Below are positions 9,576-17,825 of a stretch of DNA of 27,424 bases, piece after piece. The notes beneath the pieces are model-generated. The model ran no database searches, was not told the origin of the DNA, and saw only the letters and a list, made by a program, of their open reading frames with translations. This stretch comes from Alkalispirochaeta sp. (GTDB lineage: Bacteria > Spirochaetota > Spirochaetia > DSM-27196 > Alkalispirochaetaceae): NCBI GenBank assembly GCA_965242725.1, contig CBDESZ010000033.1, positions 1-27,424 on the forward strand, in the 5' to 3' direction. The position numbers and the translations under genes are program-made. The stretch's first letter is position 1; each line of letters starts with the position of its first letter.

Positions 9576-10772
9576 ATGTCGGATTCTAATTTGTCAAAAC
9601 ACACTATGACGTTCAGCCAGTTTTTGAAAAAAAACGTTCGAAGCTATTCGATGTTCATCATGCTGGCCTTGATCTTTATCGTATTCGCGGTACTTACCGG
9701 CGGTATCAACTTCTCGCCCCGGAACGTCTCGAATATCTTCATGCAGAACAGCTATATCCTGATTCTCGCATCGGGAATGGTCTTGGTGATCATCATCGGA
9801 AACATCGACCTCTCGGTTGGATCGCTGGCCGCGTTTACGGGCGCGATCGCAGCGATGCTTTACAACACGGGTATGGGACTGGTACCGACGATTCTTCTCA
9901 CCATGATTGTCGGCGCGATCATTGGTATCTGGCAGGGATTCTGGATCGCCTTCATGCGGGTGCCGTCGTTTATCGTCACCCTCTCGGGTATGCTCCTCTT
10001 TCGCGGTCTTACCTATGTGATCACCAATGTCAGTCCGATTTCTCTCCGGGATGAGGGCTTCCGTCAGATCACCTCCGGTTTCGTCTCGTTTGAAGCGTTA
10101 ACCGTGGGCCGAACTCACTATCTGGCGTGGATCGTCGGTGCCGTCATAGCCGTTCTATTCGTCATCGCGGCGTGGTCCGCCCGTAAGAACAAAATCAGAA
10201 AGGGCTTCACCATCGTCCCCGTCGCCGCGTTCATTTTGCGTATCGTATTTGTCGTCGCCCTTATCGCGATATTATCGTGGAAGTTTGCGGAGTTCCGGGG
10301 AGTTCCCATCGTCGGTATCGTACTCGGTATTGTCGTGGGGATTCTTACCTTTGTGACCAACCGCACCGTCTTCGGCCGTTACGTGTATGCCGTCGGCGGG
10401 AACGCCCGATCGGCAAAGCTTTCGGGTATCAACGCCGAGCTGGTCGAGTTCTTCGTCTTTGTCGTGATGGGCAGCCTTGCCGGACTGGCTGGTCTCGTCT
10501 TTGCGGGGTACATGAACTCCGCCCTCCCCCAGGCTGGACAGCTCTTCGAGCTTGACGCCATTGCCTCCGTCTTTATCGGCGGTGCCTCTATGAGCGGCGG
10601 TATCGGGACGGTCATCGGCGCTATCGTCGGCGGTCTGGTCATGGGTGTCATTAACAATGGAATGTCCCTCATGAATATCGGTGCCGACTGGCAATATGTC
10701 GTGAAGGCGCTGGTCTTGCTGCTCGCGGTTTTCTACGACATTTATACCCGTCGCAAGGCTGGATTGGCGTAA
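9576..10772 (+). CDS. gguB: Multiple-monosaccharide ABC transporter permease (GguB/MmsB, BPD_transp_2)
   Basis: RBS GGAG; many TM helices; IDLSVGS, PSFIVTL, GRYVYAVGGN..SAKLSGI, FELDAIASVFIGG. Confidence 0.88.
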   Translation: MSDSNLSKHTMTFSQFLKKNVRSYSMFIMLALIFIVFAVLTGGINFSPRNVSNIFMQNSYILILASGMVLVIIIGNIDLSVGSLAAFTGAIAAMLYNTGMGLVPTILLTMIVGAIIGIWQGFWIAFMRVPSFIVTLSGMLLFRGLTYVITNVSPISLRDEGFRQITSGFVSFEALTVGRTHYLAWIVGAVIAVLFVIAAWSARKNKIRKGFTIVPVAAFILRIVFVVALIAILSWKFAEFRGVPIVGIVLGIVVGILTFVTNRTVFGRYVYAVGGNARSAKLSGINAELVEFFVFVVMGSLAGLAGLVFAGYMNSALPQAGQLFELDAIASVFIGGASMSGGIGTVIGAIVGGLVMGVINNGMSLMNIGADWQYVVKALVLLLAVFYDIYTRRKAGLA

Positions 10773-10825
10773 GAGCCAATTCCCCCGGGATGTCGATGGT
10801 GACGTCGATCCCCGGTGCTCAATAG

Positions 10826-10858
10826 AGCCGACCCATTCACACTGGGTCGGTTTTTTTT
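10826..10858 (+). terminator. Rho-independent terminator of the sugar ABC operon
   Basis: CCGACCCA-TTCACAC-TGGGTCGG stem-loop followed by T8. Confidence 0.88.
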
Positions 10859-12197
10859 GCTGTATCCACAAACGTGTTGCGCCACCCGTACTCGCGGGTG
10901 TGGATACCCGCTCATCACGCCGCCCGCAGAAGATCGTCGAGGGCGTAACGGGGAAATCGAACGGTTGTCCCCTTCTGTCCCGTCTTCCACCGAATCGGCG
11001 GGGTCACCACCATCGCGCGCCACGCCGCCTCAAGACTTTCCGGCACAACAGACCCGTACACATCCACCCGACGCTGGAAGAACTCCCCGTTGATTCGATT
11101 GATCGCCTCCATCCCCTCTTCTGTCACCGAGCCTTGCTGAGCATGGCCGCCCTCCTCAGGATGCTTCACCCGCCACACTCGCCGCGTGTTCAAGTCCCAC
11201 GCAAAGATCCACAGCCGATACAGCTGCGTCGCACTGTGTCGCCCGAAGGCCATCGTCTCCCGGGTATGTTCCCGCAGCCGATGCCGGATCAGCCGGTCCA
11301 CATAGTTCACCGGAAAGAGCGGATTCAGCATCGTCCGAGGGGCGGTACTGGAGGTCATGCGATGTTCGGCACGATGGGCCGCGTGGACATGGCGGAATAT
11401 CGGTGAGCGCTCCCCGATGCGCCGATACCCCCGGTGGAGGTCGGTATCGATGATCGCCGGGAGGTGTGGGTTGAGGTCGAGATACGACCACAATTCATTC
11501 CATATACGAGAGATAGATCGACTCATCGTGCCGTGGGGTATTTGCCACAGCTCCTGTTTGGCCAGCACCCGCCGGTGCTGTTGCCGGGTCATCCTGCCGC
11601 CGCGGCGAAAGACACCGTGGGTGACGGCAAGGATCGTCTCACCCTGTGCGTCAACGAGGGTGGTGAGATCACAGGGATAATCCTGGCTGGTGACGAAGGA
11701 ACGCAAGCCGTCAAAGACGACCCGCGGACGGGGTGCGAGATGGGTGAGGAGGATCGATTGCGCGGCGATGGCCTGGCGGCCGAGACGGATGACGGCGTTA
11801 TGAATGGTCATGGGAGAGACGTGATAGCGCCGGGCGATCTCCCGCTGGGAGGCGCCTTCGAGGAGGCAGCTGACGACGGCGCGCAGGGGGAGGTGGCGTT
11901 TGGCGGCGTAGTGCATCGACTCGGTCTGGGTGCTGCAGGTCTTTCCACAGTACCGGCAGCGCATGCGTCTGACGGTGCCGTGGGCTTTTGTGTGGTAGAA
12001 ACCGAAGGGACGAAACCAGCCCGCCGGAGGGTCAACATGGGCGGGACAGAATGGATTGGGACAGTGGGTGGGGACGGGCATGGGCGCCTCCTGAGGGCGA
12101 GAGAGTGACCGGAGCAGTGAAAAACACCGATTCGGTCCATATCTCCCTATACCGACAAGAGCTGTATCGCTTCATGAAACATCATTGTGTATACAGC
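10859..12197 (-). mobile_element. IS1-related insertion sequence (~1.34 kb) bounded by imperfect terminal inverted repeats
   Basis: Left end GCTGTATCCACAAACGTGTT (10859-10878) versus reverse complement of right end GCTGTATACACAATGATGTT (12178-12197): 12/13 then 16/20 identical, enclosing one transposase-like ORF. No target-site duplication found. Confidence 0.72.
10915..12081 (-). CDS. IS1-like transposase (Zn ribbon + HTH + RNase H-like catalytic domain), single ORF of 388 aa
   Basis: C7-x4-C12...C42-x2-C45; HTH GASQREIARRYHVSPMTI; acidic residues in VVFD124 and IDTD214; helix NYVDRLIRHRLREHTRETMAFGR resembles the IS1 ERxNxxLRxxLxRLxRKxxxFSK motif; RBS AGGAGG upstream. Confidence 0.75.
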   Translation of the reverse strand: MPVPTHCPNPFCPAHVDPPAGWFRPFGFYHTKAHGTVRRMRCRYCGKTCSTQTESMHYAAKRHLPLRAVVSCLLEGASQREIARRYHVSPMTIHNAVIRLGRQAIAAQSILLTHLAPRPRVVFDGLRSFVTSQDYPCDLTTLVDAQGETILAVTHGVFRRGGRMTRQQHRRVLAKQELWQIPHGTMSRSISRIWNELWSYLDLNPHLPAIIDTDLHRGYRRIGERSPIFRHVHAAHRAEHRMTSSTAPRTMLNPLFPVNYVDRLIRHRLREHTRETMAFGRHSATQLYRLWIFAWDLNTRRVWRVKHPEEGGHAQQGSVTEEGMEAINRINGEFFQRRVDVYGSVVPESLEAAWRAMVVTPPIRWKTGQKGTTVRFPRYALDDLLRAA

Positions 12198-12217
12198 CAA
12201 AAAATTCCTCAATGCTA

Positions 12218-12272
12218 TTGCATTTGTGAAATTCTTGTACTATTGTACTGTATATGTAGTACAATAGTACAA
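12218..12272 (+). promoter_or_regulatory. YtrA/GntR-type palindromic operator overlapping a probable sigma70 promoter
   Basis: Perfect 15-bp inverted repeat TTGTACTATTGTACT-N8-AGTACAATAGTACAA (12235-12272); candidate -35 TTGCAT (12218-12223), 17-nt spacer, -10 TATTGT (12241-12246). Confidence 0.8.
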
Positions 12273-12284
12273 AGGAGAATGGAC

Positions 12285-12671
12285 GTGGGACATGAGATCA
12301 GGTTTTCCATCGACCACAACAGCGGTGTGCCGTACTACAAGCAGATCATCCTGCAGGTGGAGATGGCAATCGCTGACAACCGGCTCACCGGTGGAGATCA
12401 ACTACCGACGGTCCGCAGCCTCGCTGTGGACCTCCAGATCAACCCCAACACCGTTGCCAAGGCGTACAACCAGCTGGAAATCAGGGGTATCGTCAATACC
12501 CAGCAAGGAACGGGCACGTTCATATCCGACAGAGAAATCACCCTGTCCGACGTGGAGCGGGAACGGGTATTGATGGAACTGTGTCGAACCACACTGACCC
12601 AGGCCGGTTCGTACGGTTTCACCGTGGATGAAGTGGTCGATCAGCTCCGGGAAATGGCGGACCGTGAATAA
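12285..12671 (+). CDS. GntR-family transcriptional regulator, YtrA subfamily
   Basis: PYYKQI..., LPTVRSLAVDLQINPNTVAKAYNQLE.RG, QGTGTFI; short C-terminal domain typical of YtrA. RBS AGGAG 12273-12277 fits GTG 12285 (ATG 12279 is the alternative). Confidence 0.9.
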   Translation: MGHEIRFSIDHNSGVPYYKQIILQVEMAIADNRLTGGDQLPTVRSLAVDLQINPNTVAKAYNQLEIRGIVNTQQGTGTFISDREITLSDVERERVLMELCRTTLTQAGSYGFTVDEVVDQLREMADRE

Positions 12672-12686
12672 CGAGGAGGGAAAGAT

Positions 12687-13838
12687 ATGGCAAAACTGAG
12701 TGATTTTCTAGGACGGAACAGGATTGAACGAATTAAAAATCGGCCTCGGCGGGTCATCGCAACGGACTTTCGATTTTCCACCTTTTCATTTCTCTTCATG
12801 ACGCTTGTTTTTGCCGCTGCCACCGGTGCAGCCGGGCTTCTTGGAGTTTCATTTACCCCGGAGGAGCTGCAGGGTGCGGTGTATGCCGTTCTACTCGGCG
12901 GTGTCATGCTGCTCATCCTCCCCAACTGGGTGATGCTGGTGGTCGCGCTCTTTGCGGGCTGGGCCGTACTCTTTCAGTTTTCCGGAAGCCTCGGACCGGC
13001 TCTCTACGCCCTACCGGCGGCGGCAATCATCCCGGCGGCGATGATAAACCTCCTCTACCACTGGGACAAGGCGGTGATACTCCGGATCGGACGTTTTCGG
13101 CGCGTCCAGGGCGCGGGTCTTTTTCTTCTCATGCCGTTCATTGACCGCGTCGCCGCACGGGTTGATACACGTATTCGGGTCACGGATTTCAGCGCCGAGC
13201 GTACCCTCAGTCGCGACAATGTACCTGTCCACATCGACGCCATTTGTTTCTGGATGATCTGGGACGCGGAAAAGGCGATCCTTGAAGTTCAGGATTTCAT
13301 GGAGGCCGTCGCCCTTTCCGCCCAGACGGCACTCCGTGACACCATCGGTTCCCACGACCTTTCGGCGCTTCTTTCGGAACGGGAACAGGTGGGGGCAAAA
13401 CTGCAGAAAATTCTCGACGCCAAGACGAATCCCTGGGGTATCACGGTTCTTTCCGTTGAATTTACGGATATCGTCATTCCCAAAGAACTTGAAGACGCCA
13501 TGAGTCGTCACGCCCAGGCCGACCGCGAACGAAAGGCTCGACTGATTCTGGGGGATACTGAAATCGAACTCGCCGAGATGATGAAGAAGGCGGACAGGCA
13601 CTACCGGGACAACCCTGAAGCATTTCAGCTCAGGGCGATGGGAATGATTTACGATGCGATGCGACAAAGCAAAGGTTCCGTCGTTCTCGTCCCCTCATCG
13701 GCGGCGGAACAGATGAACATCGGCAACCCCCTTGGTCTGGTGGCACTCCAGAAAAAACTATCCGATTCCCCTCCCGCCGAGTCAAGGAACGACGGGGCGG
13801 GAAACGATAAAGACGCACAAAAGGAGAACGAACAATGA
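12687..13838 (+). CDS. SPFH/stomatin-like (slipin) protein with an extended multi-TM N-terminus
   Basis: WDKAVILRIGRF, GLFLLMPFIDRV, TLSRDNVPVHIDA, AQTALRDTIG, WGITVLSVEFTD, AMSRHAQADRERKA, PEAFQLR; about four hydrophobic segments precede the domain; RBS GGAGG. Confidence 0.88.
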   Translation: MAKLSDFLGRNRIERIKNRPRRVIATDFRFSTFSFLFMTLVFAAATGAAGLLGVSFTPEELQGAVYAVLLGGVMLLILPNWVMLVVALFAGWAVLFQFSGSLGPALYALPAAAIIPAAMINLLYHWDKAVILRIGRFRRVQGAGLFLLMPFIDRVAARVDTRIRVTDFSAERTLSRDNVPVHIDAICFWMIWDAEKAILEVQDFMEAVALSAQTALRDTIGSHDLSALLSEREQVGAKLQKILDAKTNPWGITVLSVEFTDIVIPKELEDAMSRHAQADRERKARLILGDTEIELAEMMKKADRHYRDNPEAFQLRAMGMIYDAMRQSKGSVVLVPSSAAEQMNIGNPLGLVALQKKLSDSPPAESRNDGAGNDKDAQKENEQ

Positions 13839-14508
13839 TAACGATTGATAACGTCCGTAAGACATACATCAGTGGAGATACCTCGGTATACGCCCTTCGC
13901 GGCGTCAGCATGGAAGTGGGATCGGGAGAGTTTCTGGCAATCGCAGGTCCTTCCGGCTCGGGGAAAAGCACCCTGCTCAACATTCTCGGATGCCTCGACC
14001 ATCCCGACGAGGGATCCGTCGTGATTGACGGACTGGAAATGGTCCGCCTGGATAATCGGGGAAGAACCGACTACCGACGCAATAATCTGGGATTCGTCTT
14101 TCAGAACTTCAACCTCATACCCGTTCTGACCGCCTATGAGAATGTCGCCTTCAGTCTGAACCTTCTCGGCCTGCCGGAGTCGGAGATCAGGGAGCGGACG
14201 ATGGCTATCCTGAAGGAGGTGGGGTTGGAAGGTATGGAGGATCGCAGACCGAGCCGTCTCTCCGGCGGCCAGCAGCAACGTGTAGCGGTGGCCCGGGCGC
14301 TCGTCAAAAATCCCTCCATCATTCTTGCCGACGAGCCGACGGCGAATCTCGATTCGGAGACGGGAAAGGCAATTCTGGAAACGATGCGTGTCCTCAATGA
14401 ACGACATGGAACGACCTTTGTCTTTTCAACCCACGATCCATGGTGATGGAATTTTCCCGCAAACTGGTCCGTCTTCAGGACGGACTGGTCGCAGGAGGTG
14501 TATCATGA
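13835..14508 (+). CDS. LolD/MacB-type ABC ATP-binding protein, 1-bp frameshift near 14439
   Basis: GPSGSGKST, GFVFQNFNL, LSGGQQQRVA, ILADEPTANLD, STHDP. Adding one base gives THDPMVMEFSRKLVRLQDGLVAGGVS*, ending at 14508 with an ATGA overlap onto the next gene. Confidence 0.88.
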
Positions 14509-15765
14509 AACTCTCAAGGACGGTGGGGCTTGCGGTGCGCAATCTCACCCGCCACCGGCGACGTACAATTATCACCGCCGGGGCGGTGGCCGTGGGACTG
14601 ACGCTCTTCATAATCGTCGACAGCATTCTTCTCGGTGTGGAAGAAGAGAGCAATCGCAATGTCATCTGGTATGAAACGGGAGCGGCCCAGGTCATCCATC
14701 AACAGTACCTGCCGGAGCGGGACGACCGGCCGCTGAAATATGCAATTGATAACTCCGACCGGATAGAAGCTGAACTCAAGGAGGGCGGGGCTGGACGTCA
14801 CAAGCCGAATCGTCTTTACCGGGGAACTTATTGTCAACAAAGACCCCTTCCCCGAGGACGGATCCATTTTTGTGACCGCCTACGGCATCGATCCCGAAGA
14901 GGATGCCGACGTGTACCGGCTGCCTCAGACGATCACGTCAGGTGCCTTTTTCGAAGCGGGAGGAAAACAAGGTCATTCTCGGCGGATGGCTGGCGGAAGA
15001 CATCGGCGCCGAGGTGGGATACCCCGTCACTATCGTCACGCGGACAAGACAGAGGGTACTACCAGACGATTGACCTTGAGGTGTGCGGAATAGCCCACAC
15101 CCCCAATCCGATCATAAACAGAACTGCCGTTTTTCTCCCCAAAGACATTGCCGACGTGTACCTGCAAATGGACGGCGCCGCAACGGAAATTGCCGTCGCC
15201 AATTCGCTCGACAAGTCGCTGAAGGAAATCACCCGGGAGATGGAGCTCCATATCGCCGGCGCCCCGGATCTCACGGTCGTGGACTGGCGCACCATTGCGG
15301 CGGATGCCGTCGCGATTGCGGAGGCAAAAGAAACGGGTACCGGGGTAATTCTTTTCCTTGTCTTCATTATCGCGGCGGTGGGCGTGTCAAACACCGTACT
15401 GATGTCGGTGCTCGAGCGCACACGGGAGCTGGGTATGATGCGCGCCATGGGCATTGCGAAACGGCGAGGTCATGACGACACTTCTACTCGAAGCTGCCGG
15501 CATCGGTCTGCTCGGGGGACTTATCGGACTCGTTTTGGGGGCGGGAAGCGTCGCGCTCCTCGCTGAATACGGCATCGACTACGGTACGATGATGCGCGAC
15601 ACCAACGTCGGATATCGGGTCACCCAGGTGATATACGGCGCATGGAACATACCGACCTTCGGCCGTGCCCTCATAGTCGGTGTTGCAATTGCGATTGCCA
15701 CGGCGGTAGTTCCCGTCCGACGGGCGCTGAAAATGTCCGTCGTCGACAGCCTGCGGGCGCAATAA
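14505..15765 (+). CDS. FtsX/LolCE/MacB-like ABC permease 1, interrupted by four +1 frameshifts (sequence error or pseudogene)
   Basis: LAVRNLTRHRRRTIIT start and NTVLMSVLERTRELGMMRAMG motif. Coherent protein segments hop frame near 14785, 14960, 15050 and 15454 (LDVTSRIVFTGELI; ENKVILGGWLAEDIGAEVG; GYYQTIDLE; MRNGEVMTTLLLEA). Confidence 0.8.
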
Positions 15766-15776
15766 GGGAGGCTCCC

Positions 15777-17020
15777 ATGAATATACTGACCCTTGCATGG
15801 CGTAATGTCGGTCGAAACAGACGGCGCGAGCGTCCTTTCCATGACGGGCCATTGCCGTTGCGACCCTTTCCATCGTCATTCTTTTTTCCCTCCTTGAGGG
15901 AATGAAACATGATCTCGAGTACAACCTGACTACCTTTTATACCGGTGAGGTCCAACTCCGCCACAAGGATTACCTCGAATATGAACACCTGAATCCCCTT
16001 CACCTCTATGTCGATTCCGCAGAGGAACGAATCGGGGAAATCGGGCGCGTTGAAGGTGTCGATGCGGTCGTCCCCCGGCTGTCCGTACCGGGCGCGGTCT
16101 TCAAGGATGGAGAACGCACGGGACTGCAGGCGGTGGGAGTCGACTTTGCCCGTGAGAAAGATTTCAGTGATATCTCCCGGTACATTGTCGCCGGCAGCCT
16201 CAGCGAGGTAACTGCCGCAGCGGCCGGGGAACCCAGGATCACCCCCGTGGTTGTCGGAAATGGAGTCCTGGACAGACTGGGCGTCGCCATGGGCGATCCG
16301 TTCACACTGGTAGTCCGTACGGCCCGGCGCGGGACCAACGCGATGACCTTTCAGGCGGCGGCGGTTGCGGACTTCCCGGTGCAGATGCTCAACGAAATGG
16401 TTTTCTGGGCACCCCTCGACCGGATACAGCGACTCGCCCAGATGCCCGGCGGAGCCGGGGAGATTCTCGTGAAGCTCGACAACCGTGCATCGGCACAGGA
16501 CGTCACCACCGCCATAACCGCGGCGGCGCCGGACCTCGAGGTCCGCCATTTCACGGACATAGAAACGACCTACAGTATGATCGAGCTTGCCATAACGATG
16601 TACAATATTATCGCCCTGTTTTTCTTCCTCCTTGCCAGCACGGTGGTGGTCAATACGACGATGATGGTAATCTTTGAGCGACGCAGGGAGATCGGGACGC
16701 TGGAAGCGATGGGAATGCGCTCCCGGGAGGTACTGCGTATGTTCCTGTCCGAGGCGGTAATTCTCGGATTTCTCGGCGCCGTGGCGGGGCTGATACTCGG
16801 TATCGGCATCTCTCTCCTACTCGGCGAAATAGGAATCGATTTCAGCAAGTCCATGGAGGGCGTGGATATGGAGATCTCACCCATCATGTATCCCGTTCTC
16901 AACCTCCGGTCGACGGTGTTCGTCTTTTTCTTTGCCGTCATCGTCGCCGGTGTGACCGCCTATTTCCCGACGCGAAAAATCATCAAAATTGAGCCCGTTG
17001 CGGCTCTACGAGAGGAGTAA
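15777..17020 (+). CDS. FtsX/LolCE/MacB-like ABC permease 2, with two +1 frameshifts near the 5' end
   Basis: RBS GGAGG; MNILTLAWRNVGRNRRR, then after shifts near 15827 and 15847 SVLSMTAIAVATLSIVILFSLLEGMKHD; C-terminal NTTMMVIFERRREIGTLEAMG and KIEPVAALR. Confidence 0.82.
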
Positions 17021-17024
17021 TTCT

Positions 17025-17825
17025 ATGTATACCCATGGTCAAAGCCGGTCCCATCTGTCGACGATCTCCCGTCGTCGAGCCGTGATGTCCGCCCTTGTAT
17101 TTGTATTCTGCGCAGCCGTACTACCGCCTGCGATCCAGGCACAACAGTCCCTTTCGGTGCGGGAGATTGCCCGTCGTCTTGAAGAAAACAGAACCTTTGA
17201 CACCAGTCGTGGAGAAATGACGATGATCATCCGTGATCGTTTCGGCGAGCGGGAGAGCACGATGATCTCCTGGAGCCGCGGGGCCGACGAGGCACTCATC
17301 GAATTTACGAGTGCTGCAGAACGGGGCCAGAAAATCCTCAGAACCGCCGATGAAATCTACCTCTACTATCCGGACGCCGCGGAACTGGTGCGTCTCCAGG
17401 GTGCAGCCCTGAGGGAGTCGATGCTCGGTTCCGACGTCTCCTACGAAGACATGACGGGGGGCAAGACGATTCTTGAAACCTACAACGTCACCCTGGACGG
17501 CCGGGAAGTGATCGACGGACACGAAACCTATCGGATCGACATGAATGCAAAAGTCCGCAACGTTCCCTATCCACGGCAGAGAGTCTGGGTAGACACGGAG
17601 CTTTTCGTCTCCCGTCGTGCCGAACTGTACGCCCTGAGCGGACGACTCCTCAAGACGGTCGTTTCCCGGAACATCGAGATGATCGACGGCCATCCCGTTG
17701 CAATTCGAACCGAGATTTCCGACGCACTGAAGAGTAACAGTTCCACCACCCTTCTTATCGATGAACTGGAAATCGGAATTCCCCTGCGGGATGATATCTT
17801 CAGCCTGGAGGAGCTGTCGTGGTAG
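17025..17825 (+). CDS. LolA-like 'outer membrane lipoprotein-sorting' protein
   Basis: Signal peptide (..IQA-QQ); motifs ALIEFTSAAERGQKILR, IYLYYP, SMLGSDVSYEDM, VWVD, LYALSGRLLKT, DDIFSLEEL; RBS GAGGAG. Confidence 0.8.
   Translation: MYTHGQSRSHLSTISRRRAVMSALVFVFCAAVLPPAIQAQQSLSVREIARRLEENRTFDTSRGEMTMIIRDRFGERESTMISWSRGADEALIEFTSAAERGQKILRTADEIYLYYPDAAELVRLQGAALRESMLGSDVSYEDMTGGKTILETYNVTLDGREVIDGHETYRIDMNAKVRNVPYPRQRVWVDTELFVSRRAELYALSGRLLKTVVSRNIEMIDGHPVAIRTEISDALKSNSSTTLLIDELEIGIPLRDDIFSLEELSW

Noticed and set aside
10783..10815. Imperfect hairpin CCGGGAT...ATCCCCGG after gguB
   Set aside because: Weak, no U-tract, and a clear terminator follows immediately.
10900..12108. Plus-strand ORFs (168 aa, 224 aa) inside the IS as possible cargo
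   Set aside because: Antisense shadows of the transposase without RBS or motifs.
11988..12278. Long N-terminal extension of GntR (227-aa ORF)
   Set aside because: Crosses the IS end, promoter and operator; the RBS supports a start at 12279/12285.
14325..15566. 413-aa ORF as a novel protein or programmed frameshift product
   Set aside because: Chimera of correct and out-of-frame segments from compensating indels; no slippery heptamer pattern and too many shifts for recoding.
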